Counted from the stretch's first letter, positions 23,649-37,644 are shown. The stretch: DNA of 64,000 nucleotides from Mytilus californianus (GCF_021869535.1 NW_026262604.1:6138001-6202000), one strand, 5' to 3'. Notes: generated by a model not told the origin, from the letters alone. Numbers and translations: made by a program.

Positions 23649-25263
23649 GGTGTCTTCCTGCTATTCCTACATTTTATAAATACATATTCCTTCTATTCCT
23701 ACAAACAAAGAACAATAGATTTTGGTATATGGTGTTTTGTTGTTTTAGTAATTTAAATTTAATTAAAATACAGGTAAGTACAGGTAATCTGGAAAGGATG
23801 ATTACAATGATAAAAATAAATAGAAAAAAAGTAGATGCATTGCAAAGAGTATAGAACAGAAAATTCCCCAAAATGAATGTATTTCTGTTAAAAATGTTTT
23901 TAAAATAATAAAACCCTAATACGACTTTAATTTTAAAGTTTAATAGATATTTTAAGGGGATATTATATTGTCCGGTGAACTTTATAAATTTTGACTATGT
24001 TCTAATTAAATGGCGTTGTTGCTAGAATAAATGCTACAAAAGTATTATTATTTTTATTATTATCATCAAGGATTTGTAAATCTATCTATACAGATCCTTG
24101 TTATCATTGATGTTTTGGGTGGCGGCTTTCCCGGTATGGATCTTGCGCCCTACTAAACACTCATTGTGTGAAAAATTAAAATTTCCTTAGTGTTTCGTAT
24201 TGTTTCATGTGAGTTCTGGAGTTGTGAAGTCCTTACTTTGTTGTGAAGTTGTACTCATGTAAAATGATACAGGATTTTGAAATATTGATGTTGACATTGC
24301 ATGATGAATATAAGCTAATTATAATTGCTTTGATTTGAGTGGTAATAGTAGCCGGTAAATGAAATAAATAAAACTAGATAAATGAATGAATCTCAATGTC
24401 CATCAGGAAGATTGAGATTATATATTGCTACCCGATAGCCCAGTGTCAATTATATATATATAAAAAAAAGCCAAAGCTATATATGCGTCAAATAAGTAAA
24501 ACATTGATAAATAAATAATAAATTTATGTTACATTTCTTTAACCTACTTTGAGCTTAGCAAAAAATATTATATCAGAAATTGCCATAGATACCAAGAGAC
24601 CAGTTTGATTTGTAGTCCCCTGTTCAGTGAGGATCGTCGGGGTGATATGTATTGACCTCTACTGCCCTCACTGACTACTGGGTAGAAAGTAATTGAAGTA
24701 TCTGGAACAACTATGCAACAGATGGCCCAAGAACTACAAATCATCTAGAGGGCTGGTACAGCAGATTAAAGAAATTGATCAAGGCACACCACCCAAACAT
24801 ATTTAGTCTTGTTAAGCTGCTGAGGCATGAAGAGGCGATTCATGCGTGCAAACTACTCCAATATGCAGCAGGAGGGAAGCATGTACCAAGGCTAATTATT
24901 ATTTTTCATGAACATGATGAAATAAATAAAATGGAACTTTACCGATCTTTTTTTTATTATTGTCCTCGGTGATATAAGAGGAAACACACATAATACAACA
25001 GTACAAAAATAGACAAGAATAAATATTTCTTTCAATAATTTGTATCGTTTTATACTGTTAGTACAAAATGTACACTAAAATTGCACATGAATTGAAAACT
25101 AAAAGGTATTTCATTTAAATTTACCCGAAGTTAATTAGCTTCATGTTTTTACAACCTAATCCGATTTAGTCCCATGTTTGTACAAGCATTCCTCCTATTC
25201 CTACATGGTTTTCTTACATTTTACATACCGAATTATCAAATGTAGGAATAGCAGGAATAAACC
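23649..25263 (+). mobile_element. Internally deleted Mutator-like element (MULE)
   Basis: ~26-bp TIR GGT(G/T)T(C/A)TTCCTGCTATTCCTACATTT with the 8-bp TSD GGCTAAAA. Carries a transposase remnant. Confidence 0.85.
24661..24900 (+). pseudogene. MULE transposase C-terminal fragment
   Basis: The frame reads DYWVESN*SIWNNYATDGPRTTNHLEGWYSRLKKLIKAHHPNIFSLVKLL, matching the MULE RTNNxxEGWHxxL...HPNI motif. One internal stop. Confidence 0.75.
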
Positions 25264-27008
25264 GGCTAAAATTCACTGAGTGAAGATCAAAAAGAATAGA
25301 ATTACAGAATGCTAATCTTTTTATTACCTTGAATTTAACCACGCATTCAACAGGTAGTCACTAAGTGTCACAGTACAATACACATTGTATTTTCACAGTA
25401 CTAGTTGGAAATGTTTGCTAGACTGAAGTAAAAGCCGTCAGGTGAGAATACAAACATATGCATTTGTAAAACAATATCAGTTATATATGTTTGTTCAAAA
25501 TATCCGTCGGAAAAAAAATCATAAAAATATATTCTATTGTATGATTTACTTTTATTACTGTAATCATATCAGAAATCCTTTAAATATAAATCGTATATTT
25601 TAATTTTGAAAGTTGCACGGCTGATCACTTTACTTTCTTAATTATTAGTTGGTTAATAGCTACGCCAAATGTTGTCGATGCGCTTTAAATCGCGTTATTA
25701 GATGATTAACGAACAAGACTTATAATGAGATTTATTCACTCCCGGCATGCAAAAAGACTTAAACTACGTCACATAAGTCAGGAAGTTGGAATAAATTAAA
25801 TTATTAATTCCCAATTTTCTTCTTTATTAGTGTTCATATCCAGATAAAACTTGGTAAATATGTTTTTTATGGTATTATGAACATAATAAGATGAAAAGTA
25901 AAAAATCGCGAATTTTACCTTTAATAGTGCAGGGATACAGGCGATCCCCTCTACCTGGTAAATGACGTCATAAAGTCGCGCATAACTGACGAGTTTTTTT
26001 TCGGTGACGGATGAACTCGAAAGTGGTCTTTTGATTCAAGGGGTAAGTATGGGGTACCCTACATGACGAATATGACGGTAACATATTTGTTGAACTAACA
26101 CTAAGGATCAACGTTTTACTCCACTTGAAGCTGCTGACGGTAGCTACAAAATCAGACTTGACGAATCACGATAAAAAGGAATAAGGCTTATTTAAGGTTT
26201 ATGACCCCTTCTGTAGCCATGTGAATTACGAAATTTTCAAACTGCAATAGTATCAAAATAGCAAAGATAATGCATAATAGAAATATGCCATTTTGTACAT
26301 ATACCAAAGAGAAACTTCGTGCAAAGCAATATTATTTATTGTTTCCTTGTATTTAATAGAAAAAGGGGATTTTGGGAAGATAAAACCAAATTTTTTGTAG
26401 AAAATCTACAGACTTTAATACAGAGATTTTTGTTATAAAATTTTAAACATAGATTACTCACTTGTTTTTCTATGACGTGCTAGCGTTTATTGTTTACGAA
26501 AAGTCCTAAATACTATATATAGTAACCTTTCAATTCCCAAAAAACTCGTGCTGAGTCACTAAAGTTGGGCGCACCCTAGAAGGTGTACTTGAATTGATCC
26601 ATTTTTATAGTTATTTTTTTTACCGATATCTAAATTTATAAATATGTTTTACGGAAATCAATGCTGTCACTGCATGCAATAATCATCTACCTATCGAGCA
26701 CCAAATTGGGTGAAAAGTCATAACCATGAAAACTTAACATTGACAAATACTAGTAAACCGTTTAAGATGAGCTCAAGGTGACCTAAAACCTACAAGACAA
26801 TCATTCACACCTTATAGTCATTTCATACACCAAGTTTAAGTATACTATTTCCTATAACATTTGATAACTAAACATTGTAAAATGAACCATGAAATTGAGG
26901 TCAATGTAAGATAAAACCTACTAGTCGGACATGTACACCTTACCATCATTCCATATAGCAAATTTTAGGGCCATTATGCTTATAGTATCTGAGAAATGGA
27001 CAAAATCA

Positions 27009-27852
27009 CAACAAGAGTGCACACGCTGAAATGTCTCACCTTCTTTATTGACCATTGATTTTATTTTGATAATCCTAAATACAAAGCTCTAATACATGCA
27101 TCACATAAACTTAAAATGATCCAGGAAATGAGTCAAGGTCAGATAAACCAAACGGGAAACACATGTCATCAATACAACCGTTTAATACACCAAACATAGT
27201 TGACCTATTGATTATAGTTTCTAGGAAACAGACTTAACCAGGAACACTAAACATTGACTAATGAATCATGAAATTGAGATCAAGTTCAGATGAACCATGC
27301 CAGAAATGTGTATCTGGTGCAGTAAACTTGATACTGTTAAAATATTAATTTAATACATAAAGTGTTTTGGTGTGACACCTGTAAGTTATACAGTTAATTT
27401 AAGTACTTAGAAGAGGAATAATTACTCCTTGTAACGATATGAAACTTAATGTCATTCAGACATATATTGTTAATGTTATCAGGGTTTATAGAAAAGAGGA
27501 AATGGACCAAAAACACACAGCAAAATAGACAAAACATAATTATCATAAATAAAGAGAACAATCGACCAAAAATAGACAAGATGCTGTAAAAGATACAGAA
27601 AATCGGATTTTCCTGTAGGGGTCGAACAATGGCCAGTTGAGCAAGTATATACACAACATTTAAGCTTAAAACAGCTCTGACGGAAACTTCATAATATTAG
27701 GCATCTATATACAAAGTATGAAGGATCCAAGTCTTCTACCTTCTGAATTATTATGTTTTAATAAGTTTGTTAACGCCGCAGTGGCCGTCTATGCCAGATC
27801 ACTATCCCTTTGTCGAGCTTTCTGCGACAGAAGTTGCAGATTCGACAAAAAT
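27009..27852 (+). mobile_element. Degenerate HINE-type element 3' of ZNF B, orthologous to the one 3' of ZNF A
   Basis: Same 5' end as 2611. The 3' end and flank (27680-27965) align with 6680-6985. Confidence 0.7.
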
Positions 27853-27964
27853 GTGAATTTAGATATCAGTGTACACGTTTAATACACAGAAGCATGATCT
27901 TCTATCCTTTAATGTGGCATAAGTTCTTTCTCAGCATTTTTTCATGCATCATATTCAACATGTC

Positions 27965-29260
27965 CTAATGCGGTTGAATACATATGTGTGTCTGTGAATT
28001 CATAAACTGACTAAATCCTCTTCCACATACATCACATTTAAAAGGTTTATCACCGGTGTGTATTCTCATATGGGTCCTCATGGTGTGTCCAAGACTAAAT
28101 CCTTTACCACATACATCACATTTATAAGGTTTATCACCGTTGTGTATTCTCATGTGTATCCGTAAGCTATAACTATTAGGGTAACTTTTACTGCATTCGT
28201 CACATTTATACTTTTTGTCACCAGTATGTACGGTAATGTGTCTCTGTAAGTTACCACTATGACTAAATGCTTTACCACATACATCACATTTATAAGGTTT
28301 ATCACCAGTGTGTGTTCTCATATGGGTCCTCAAGTTCTGTTCAGAACTGAATTCTCTTCCACATAAACTACATTTATAAGGATTATCTTCAGTATGTTTA
28401 TCTCCAGTATGTATTGTCATGTGTTTCTGTATACCATAAATATGCATAAAAAATTTTGCACATACATCACATTTATAAGGTTTTTCTCCAGTATGTGTTC
28501 TCATATGGGTCTGTAAGGTACCATTCTGCCTAAACGCCTTAACACATACATCACATTTAAAAGGTTTATCACCGGTGTGTGTTCTCATATGGGCCCTCAT
28601 GCTCTGTCCAAAACTAAATTCTCTTCCACATACATCACATTTATAAGGTGTATCTCCAGTGTGTATTTTTATGTGTGCCTGTAAGGTATCTATCCGACTA
28701 AATTTTTTGCCACACATATCACACTCATAAGGTTTATCACCAGTGTGTGTTCTCATGTGTCTCTGTAAATTATTTATAAGCATAAAAACTTTTTCACATA
28801 CATCACATTTATAAGGTTTATCTCCAGTGTGAGTTCTCATGTGAGCTTGTAAATTACGATTCTGCCTAAAATCTTTACCACATACATCACATTGATATGG
28901 TTTATCACCTGTATGCAATTTCATGTGTTGCAATAAGTTAAAATTTTGACTACACTCTTTACCACAAACTTTACATTTATAAGGTGTATAACCAGTGTGT
29001 GTTCTCATGTGTATTTTTAAACCATGATTTGTACTCAGCCCCTTATTACATATATCACATTTAAATATGTTGAAAGTCTTTTTATCAATGTGTGATCTCA
29101 TATGCGACTTCAGATTTGTGCCGTTACTGCAACGTTTACCACACACTTTACATTCATAGTCATTTTTGCCTGCATTTGAGATGAAGTGTTCCTTTGACTT
29201 GTCCGTTGTCTTAACAAGGGAGATGATCATGGAATCAGGTGTATTTTCGTTGTTAGACAT
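27965..29260 (-). CDS. C2H2 zinc-finger protein B (~431 aa from MSNNEN; 13 canonical fingers plus a degenerate terminal finger)
   Basis: Uninterrupted ORF (track 27965-29323). The start is placed at the Met homologous to ZNF A. TGDKP linkers. No effector domain is recognisable. Confidence 0.9.
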   Translation of the reverse strand: MSNNENTPDSMIISLVKTTDKSKEHFISNAGKNDYECKVCGKRCSNGTNLKSHMRSHIDKKTFNIFKCDICNKGLSTNHGLKIHMRTHTGYTPYKCKVCGKECSQNFNLLQHMKLHTGDKPYQCDVCGKDFRQNRNLQAHMRTHTGDKPYKCDVCEKVFMLINNLQRHMRTHTGDKPYECDMCGKKFSRIDTLQAHIKIHTGDTPYKCDVCGREFSFGQSMRAHMRTHTGDKPFKCDVCVKAFRQNGTLQTHMRTHTGEKPYKCDVCAKFFMHIYGIQKHMTIHTGDKHTEDNPYKCSLCGREFSSEQNLRTHMRTHTGDKPYKCDVCGKAFSHSGNLQRHITVHTGDKKYKCDECSKSYPNSYSLRIHMRIHNGDKPYKCDVCGKGFSLGHTMRTHMRIHTGDKPFKCDVCGRGFSQFMNSQTHICIQPH

Positions 29261-29728
29261 TTTATTTGTATCTTTTCCTTCTCGTCCACTTCTTACATTC
29301 TCGATGAATAAAAAAAAACACATTTAACATAGCTGTATATATATATATCGATTTATCCTGCAATTAGCCAACTATTGTACAAATAATAGGTATACAAATA
29401 AATTTTTCCTTTATTCGTTCTTGTTAAAATAAAGTCTCCTGTTACCCCACGTCCATGTTGAGCAAGCGGTAATATGAATATTTGTGTCTCCTAACCAGTT
29501 TATTTTGGGGTACTCTACGCGGTCTGCGTTTCAACTATGTCGATTTCTTTGATTGATCGTTGGTTGCTAAACGTCCAGTGGTCGATTTCTTTGAGAAATT
29601 AGAGACAATGATTCAGATTCTAATAAGTAAATTTTCAAGTAATTTCAGGATAAACACAATATATGTACATTGTCGGAAAATATAATATTTATACGTCAAT
29701 GACCTCAACTAACCTATTAGCCACGCCT

Positions 29729-29790
29729 ACTTACCGGAACTACTGTATTTCATCAACAATGTCACGTCACAACCATGACAACGTGTATCC
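29729..29790 (-). promoter_or_regulatory. Putative non-coding upstream exon and splice donor of ZNF B
   Basis: A consensus donor CCG|GTAAGT lies on the minus strand (exon end 29735), ~430 bp upstream of the coding exon, in a locally CpG-richer tract. Confidence 0.45.
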
Positions 29791-30339
29791 CGCAATGGTG
29801 GTAAGTCGTGCACTTAAGGCCATTTTTTATTTAATTTTTCTGTAGACTTAGCTTTGTTTTTTTATTACTGTGTATTGTCAAGCTTGGTTACTCATAATTG
29901 TTTCTCAGTCACTGAATGTACGATGTTGTTTCATACTGCAGCAGATGACCCGGTTTGATTACATTCAAATTCTAATGGCTTCAAAACCACGTGACACATT
30001 GAATCGTTATATCCAATCAAATTGCTCTACTGTCAATTAGGTGATTTTTTAGTACAAGGCAATTATATTATTTGTTTGTATGATATTGCTTTGAAATAGT
30101 TTGCAATAAATTGGGGGTTTATTCAATAGGAAACCTCATTATTAGCCATGAAATTCGATATCAATGGAATTTTATATGAATATTTACTTATGGTCAGAAT
30201 ATCGATCTCTTTATATTGAACCAATTTTTTTTTTTATGAAAAATATATGTATGTTGTTTTTTATTAACCTACTCTATATTCCTGAACAAAAATATGGCAT
30301 GATTATCGTTTGTTTCCCAAAGTTTTTCTTTCAATTTGG

Positions 30340-30700
30340 ATGGGTTTTTTTCGCGGGAAAATCGCGTAAGACGTAAGGTGCTTGCCATTTTGAAATTCTT
30401 AAAAATACGATTTGCTTGGCCTGTTTGGTCTGCCATTAAGATTGATGACGCTAAATGGAATGTAAACAAAGCAATGGAGGCCGGAAGAGGGGATTTCTGA
30501 AGTTCTGGAATGTTTTTAGGCATTCGGAAGTCAGGTTTGAAACGGCCATTAGAAAATTGGCATTTTTGTACAATGCTTTAGAATAACAATGAAAACATAT
30601 CTTTAGAAATGTTTGTTTATTTAGAAGTGTAGAAAAAATGTATTCTGCACTAATTTTGTACGCTGGTATTGGCGTAGTGACGTCAATGCGGAGTTTTCCC
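30340..30700. promoter_or_regulatory. CpG-enriched promoter-like patch
   Basis: Cluster of E2F-like TTTCGCGGGAAA, YY1-like GCCATTTT, ETS-like CCGGAAG/TCGGAAG and CRE TGACGTCA motifs. It could instead be TE-derived. Confidence 0.35.
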
Positions 30701-33489
30701 GTGTGATAAGTACAATAACAAAATCCGAACGAACCAACATTATGACCGATTATAGACTACGGTAGGATAGTAACAATTGTCAAACTTTTGTAAATTTAAA
30801 CTTGTTATGTCTTGAAATTCGTAATTTACATACCATGTTTATTAAATATTATTAAATTAGTTTATTTTCTCTTTCTAATTCCTAAAAAAGTCAATGTCTT
30901 ATCGCCTGGACTTTATGAGTTACTACGCTTATAGGGAAATACCCAGACAATGGTACCCCAAGAGGGAAATTCCAAACACTTTTTTTTAACAATAAATTTG
31001 TTACGTTTTTTATTTTTTTTTTATGTTTTTTATCGATTTCAGTATAAAGACAATATACGTATAGTGTCTAATTATTTGTTCTCGCTATGAAGCAACAGAG
31101 CCTCGCTTTTCGTCCTGTTTCTCTTCTTCTTCCTTTATAGTACAGGCCTCCCATGGGAGTAGTATCCTACTGTTTTATGCACATGTTCTATGTGAGAACA
31201 ACAAATGTGCGGGTAAGTGCGAATTATCTACAGTGAAAACGGTGCTTCTTTTCTAAAGCTCATACAACATGTACAAATAAATTTTATATTTTCCGACAAC
31301 ATACATATATTGTATATGTATGTGTTGTATATGTATGTGGTTTATATAATTACATTAAAATAAGCAATAAATCACATACACAAAGTCATGGAGTCTACAG
31401 AAAAGAGATTAAGGTTAAACATAGGTCAACAATCACATCAAATTCTAAATGTAAATTATAATTCACGCGCATCAATGCCTCATTAAGCAGGAAGATGTCA
31501 GAGTCACAGCAAACCGTATTTTCCTGCAGAGGTCGAACCCTGAGCAGTTGAGCAAGTATGGACACTAAATTTATAAGCTTATAACAGCTCTGAATTTGGA
31601 TTGTTATCGTATATTTGAGTATAGGTTTGTGACACAAAATGAATATGGTCAAAGAACTGAAATATTTGAAATTGGACATTTACCTATTATAATCCAAAAT
31701 CTAAGTACATTGATAGAATCAGCATATCAAATAACCCCAAAGAATTCAATTTTTGATGAAATCAAACAAGTTTAAATTGAACCACAAAATGTTGAATAAT
31801 CTTCTATTCCTGGCTCTCTAATACATTTATCCAACTGTTTGTGTCATTCATGTGCACATGTGTGTGATCAGTATTTTCCATAGATTTGATTTTCAAAAGT
31901 TAAAATAGTAAAATATAGTTTCTTTTTTGTGTAACCATGGCAAAATTCTGCATGTATTTACCATAAAATATTGCAAAAAGGGGGATGGAAATGTCACATA
32001 TTCTCCACAAATTTGGTTCAAACTAGAATTTCCCTGAAATTTAGAATATTTTATGGAAAACAACCCATCCTGATGTATAAAAAGTACTTAAATTAAATAA
32101 AATAGGGGTTGATAATTTCTATCAAAATAAATCAATAATTGCAATTGTATTCGACACAAACAAGAGTATTCTTTTCCTCATGAAATTTAAACATAAAAAA
32201 AAATTTATATTGGTGCCTTTGAAATAAATAGTTACAAATAACACTGAATTATTTTTTATCAAATGAAATAAAAGTTATCATTTTAAACAATGCAAACATA
32301 AATTTATAGTGTATTTTCTTTTAATTTCTAATGAAAAACAGCATATAATGAAGAACGTAAAATACAAAAATCTAATGGCGGTCAATAATTTCCATTAAAA
32401 TGAAGAAATGATTGCTTTCTTATTCAATTAAAACGAAAGTTTATGTATATTTAAAAGAAAGTCTGCGTTTATCACTGACTCATAAGTAATGTGGAGTTCG
32501 TTTTAAAATAAGAGTTTTAATATATATGTATCCGTCCAATTGGTGTATTTATATTTAATTTCGCTGTCAAAGTAACTTTCACATAGCTTATTTGACGTAT
32601 TTGACAGATTCTATGGTTCATCGATCACAGATCTGTCATGGACCAGTAAAAGTATCCATCACTGATCAGTCACCGATCAGTCATGTTCACATCAAACAGT
32701 AACGCCAGTGGCAGATCCAGAAATTTTCATAAAGGGGGGGTGGGTACTGACTACTTAAGATGGCCTCGCTCCCGTCATGCTTCAGTGGTTCCCTATATAA
32801 TCAACCAAATTTTACAACAACAAAAAAGTACCAAAAAAAGAGGGTTGCCCGACCCCGCTAAATCCGCCTCTAAACGCCTCATGTACATGACATTTTTAAC
32901 ATTGAACTGAGCAGGCTTTTCAATAGCAGCCATTCATAGTGTTTTAAGAACCATTCTATACTATTCGCAAGAAAAGAATTTGTATAAAAAGAGTTTAATA
33001 ACGGAATCAAATCTAAAATTGACGAAAAGAATATAACAGTACACGGTTAATATTGTCCTAAAACTGTTAATTAGACGTTCCATAGAAACATAAATTTTCT
33101 ATACGTTGTTAAAAAAAAAAATATCTTATTTACATGTAAAGTGTCGCAGATTTTATTTAAAACAAACAACATTGTCTTCCAAATATTTACATCAACACTG
33201 ATAAACGATATTGATCGATCTGATATCAGCGAGTGTAAGTCACTAAGTGTCGGTCGACTTTATTATTTTTATTATCTGAATACGTAGTGCACATTTCCTT
33301 AGTAAAAACTTATTATTTGCGGTGAAGTTTTTGTATAAAGTTTGAAATTATTATATAAAGTAACATTGCTTACTTACTGCAAGTTTATTGTTGACTCGTG
33401 ACTGTGTGTATAAATCAAAATAAGACAGGTGTGAAATCAAAGGGCGATAACCACGAATGAATTTCTATGGAACACCCATGGAACTCAAG

Positions 33490-33956
33490 GAAGTACACCA
33501 CTAATTCATGGCCCCATTGCTTTCTATGTTAAATTCCTCAATTTCAAGCAGACACAGCTCTTTTGTTTCAAGTTCAAATAAAGTGACAATCATTGCATGT
33601 CAAAGCAACACTTTATGGTGTCTTGTACTGGAAAAATCAACATACCTTTAATGGCATATAAGAAAGAACTGGTTCCCGGAACTTCGGATGTACCAAAACA
33701 GGTACTTCAGATCTGACATACAGGCAAAAAGTACCCTCTTTATAAAATTTGGTGCAGTTTTTTTAATATTCAAAATTATAAGTCAAAAAGTGTTCTACAA
33801 TGATCACCAGTCATTCAGCTTTCATTTGATACCAACAATACCTAAATATTCTACATATTTTGAAAGCTACACTCATGCGTAGGAACTATTTTGTGTTAAA
33901 TATGTACTACTTTCTAGTATGTGCTTTCTGGCCGGGCCGAATTAGTGGTGTTACAC
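33490..33956. mobile_element. MITE with 6-bp TSD
   Basis: TIR core ACACCACTAATTC..GGCC / GGCCGAATTAGTGGTGT with TSD CTCAAG. An empty paralogous site exists at ~284-300. Confidence 0.75.
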
Positions 33957-35601
33957 CTCAAGTAATACAAGTAATAGCTTTTCTAAAAATCTTGCTGTGT
34001 TACTCTGCATAATTGTACAGTTTGAAAAGTTTAGAGTGGTGGGCGCATATTCGCCATGGACACAAATTCGCCGTTTTGCTATTTTTTCTGTAAAATGTGT
34101 GTGCCTTTACCCAGTACTTGCATAAATAGATAGTAAAGTCTTTTTGTAATGTTCTTACGGTTGATATTCCTCTTTACCCCCTTTCCAAGGTTTTTCGCAC
34201 TTATAAAGGAATACGCAGGTGTTTTTAAACAATTTTTGGCTATTATGCAAGATTTATATGGCAATCATGCGCAGTCTTAAAGTAAATATTTGTGAGAAAA
34301 ATCGTATAGGAATGATCTATCAAGCTTATTCATTTAATTACAATCATTCGTTTTTATAATATACCAGGATAATGAGGATGATCATATCATACATTGCGGC
34401 GAAAATGTGTCCCCCATGGTACACGAACAACTTAATTTACTCTTGAGTTTGCGTTCAGTTTTAGAACAATTAACCAATGTTTTGAAGATAATTCCGTTAT
34501 CAAACAGTTTTTTCATATAGCAAAATTTCTAAATCCTACATAAAAAGTTCCAAATATTTGAATGTAGGTCAGATGTAAGTGGAATGAACGAATTATGCAG
34601 CGAATATGGGTCACTCACTCTAGTCTTTTTATTTCAACCGTGTGAGTGATTTTACGCCGATTATAAAATTGGTGATTCTCCTAACATAGGAGGGAGTTGC
34701 AGTACAGGTGTATTGGGGGTAAAACATCATGTATGATATAGGGCCTATATTAGTTCCAGGATAATGGCAGATTTCAGTGGCGGATCAAGGGGAGGGGGGG
34801 GGGGAGGATTGGAAACCCTCTTTTTTACGATCAATGCATTTAAATGGGGACATATAGTTATAGAACCTCTACTTTACTTTACTTTAGTCTGTACTGTTCC
34901 GCCTAAATCAGACGACCCACTTTTCAATGTGAATATCATTAAAATTGTCATTTAATCCAATGCACTAAAATTGTTCTTTTATACACATTAACCACCACCT
35001 CTTTTTACACACGAGAATAAGTACATCCCTTGAAATATATACACGACAGAAATATATAACCATCCATTTTATCCTTTTTTTTAATGACTGGATTTAGCAG
35101 TTAATTTCTAAATCTATGGCAAAATTTCTGCAAATGGAGGAGCCGGAAGTTAGTACGTACGTATCTGACAAAGTACTTTAGCTCAAAATGATGTAAAAAG
35201 CCTTCAAGGATATCAGAAGTCTAAGATAGGGCTTTTTTTAAAATATAAAGAAGGTGATTTGGTACAATAGTACTGGATAGCTGCTGGGACTATTAGTATA
35301 ATTGTCCCAGATAGGTGGCGTAAAAGTTCTGCAGTTTAAGCTAAACAAAATATAAAGAAACAAACTGCTCTGCATTTCAAAAACGTATGAAAAAAAAGCA
35401 AAATGCAAAATGCATTCCAAAGACACAATAGAAATCGTATAATTAAGGAACAAGGTACCCCAAACAACACAGACGAGGACGAGAAAAGAAGGAGCGGAAA
35501 CAACCATGAAACGATAACATCAAAAACACCATACTCCCCTGCAATTCCAGCTCCAATCCGCATACTACTCTACATCAAAGGCGGTGGTAGTGATGGATGG
35601 T

Positions 35602-36695
35602 CCCGTACGAAATTATAAGGCGTATTTTGCCTGGAACTCTGGCGTAAACCATACGTAAGTGGTAGTTACGTGTCCAGACCCAGGCGTAAGGGAGCAGGAA
35701 ACGTAAATTTGTAGACTTACAGGCGTAGAAAAAGTGAGAAACCTGGCGTAAATTGAAATAAGCAAGGCGTAACTTTTCTTACGGGCGTAAAACTGTTGGT
35801 TTGGCGTAAATCATAATACCCATAATGCTTTGTTTAAAGGTTCATGGGATTTTTTTTCAACTTTTGGCTCTTTGATATTTGTTTACAAGTCGGTTGGACT
35901 TATAGCAGCTATATAAATTCAGGGATAATTAACTTGTTTTGTGCTTTTGGAAGAATTTTAAATTGGCATCGTGGAAACAAATTGATAAATGAAAATTAAT
36001 TGTGAAATAAAAGGAAATATGTAGTAAGAATAATTATGTAAGTAATTAAGTTATTAAGTTTTTATCTTTTGTCAGTAATTTTGAATTCTGAAAACCTTTA
36101 TCCTTGGATAATAACATTAAAATCTTTCACATGAAGTTAAATTGCAGTACATTGTAGTATCATTGATATTTTAGTTTAAATGACATTAATTTTCAATAAA
36201 AAAATTAGTTAAAATGCTAGTTATACATAAGGAAAAATTAATTGTCATAATTCTTCTTTAATTTACATAAACTCATTTGAGACAGTATATTTATAAAGCT
36301 TCTTCAAAGGTTAATATTTCAAGTTTTATGTCAAACACTGAGAAATTATTAAGCAACAGACTTACAATACAGAAGTTAATGTATCAAATACACAAAAGTA
36401 CACAGCTAGCTAGAGTAATACACTGATTTAAATTGAGTGTAGAATTATTTAAGGATATTACGCCTGGTTTATTTATTGAACAGGCGTGCTCATTTGCATA
36501 TAACGCCTGGTTTTCTGAGGACCAGGCGTTCTCATTTAAATATTACGCCTAATTTTAAGCCTGGTTTCCGCCTCAGTTACGCCTAGCTGGTTGACGCCTA
36601 AAACATGCATTCCTTAAACACTGCAATGACGCCCAGATAAAGTATGATTTCTACGCCTGGTTCGTGTCATATACGGGCGTCACATTTCGTACAGA
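35602..36695. mobile_element. CMC/EnSpm-like MITE with GGCGTA/TACGCC subterminal repeats
   Basis: Left end CCCGTACGAAAT and degenerate right end ATTTCGTACAGA. Multiple GGCGTA repeats on the left and TACGCC repeats on the right. TSD unresolved. Confidence 0.6.
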
Positions 36696-37644
36696 GAGTA
36701 ATGGAAAATAGTTCCGGAACGAAAACTATACGACTGTACGGCAAAGCATAAACAATACGGCCAACATAAAATTGGACGTTATTTTACTTTAGTTACTAGT
36801 ATTTGTGACCGCAGTATATAGTGCACAATTTTCACGAGAATGTAAACAACATTCAAAATCTGCCGTATAGATTTGGAGGAAACAAAAAAGCTGATTTTTA
36901 TGGCGTTTGAGACGTTAAATTTTGCCATAGATTTGATATTTGCCATAGAGTCCTACATATATTTGCTAAAGCTAGATTCCTACATATATTTGCCTTTTTA
37001 ATTGTTTAGTACATAAATCAATTTCACATATTTTCTGGCATTATATGACTTTAATTTTCAGGACCATGGCCAAACATTAATTGAGAAAAGAACACTGAAT
37101 GGTGCAAATTTGCCATTTCAGAATTGGCAAATCTGACTTTGTTGTTTTACAAGATATTAAGAATATATTTGGTCAAATAAAGATAATCCCATATGCCCCA
37201 ACATGTCACTGTTGTCACTACAGCTGATTAAAAGTACATTTCCGATGGGAAATTAAAAAAATTCCCATGGGTATATTAGAAGTTCCATTGGGAAATTTAA
37301 AGTTACCATGGGAACATAAAAAAATAGTTTGTCCGCATTGGAAGTAATTTATCCTATGGGCACAATTTATCTTCCCACTGGAAGAATTTTCTTCCCATTG
37401 GAATATACATTTTACGATGGGATTTTTTTTTCATTTCGACTGTTTTTCTCCTAGAAAAATGTAATGGAGACTGTGGCCGTCTTTAATTTGTTTTAAACTT
37501 TAAACTATTGTCTTCAAAATCCGTGTGTGATTTGGACTTTCCGTTTTTCTAGACATGCAGGCGCGGATCAAGCCATTTTAAAAAGGGTGTCCCGAATCCC
37601 CGGAACACTTGTTTGGCTTTATAACTACTAGTATTTTGATCTGA

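Noticed and set aside
35105-36935. 18-bp inverted pair AAATCTATGGCAAAATTT / AAATTTTGCCATAGATTT as an outer transposon
   Set aside because: The true termini and TSD could not be defined, so it is plausible but unsupported.
37215-37440. CACTACAG followed by TTCCCATGGG-like repeats as a CACTA end
   Set aside because: No matching opposite terminus was found in the window.
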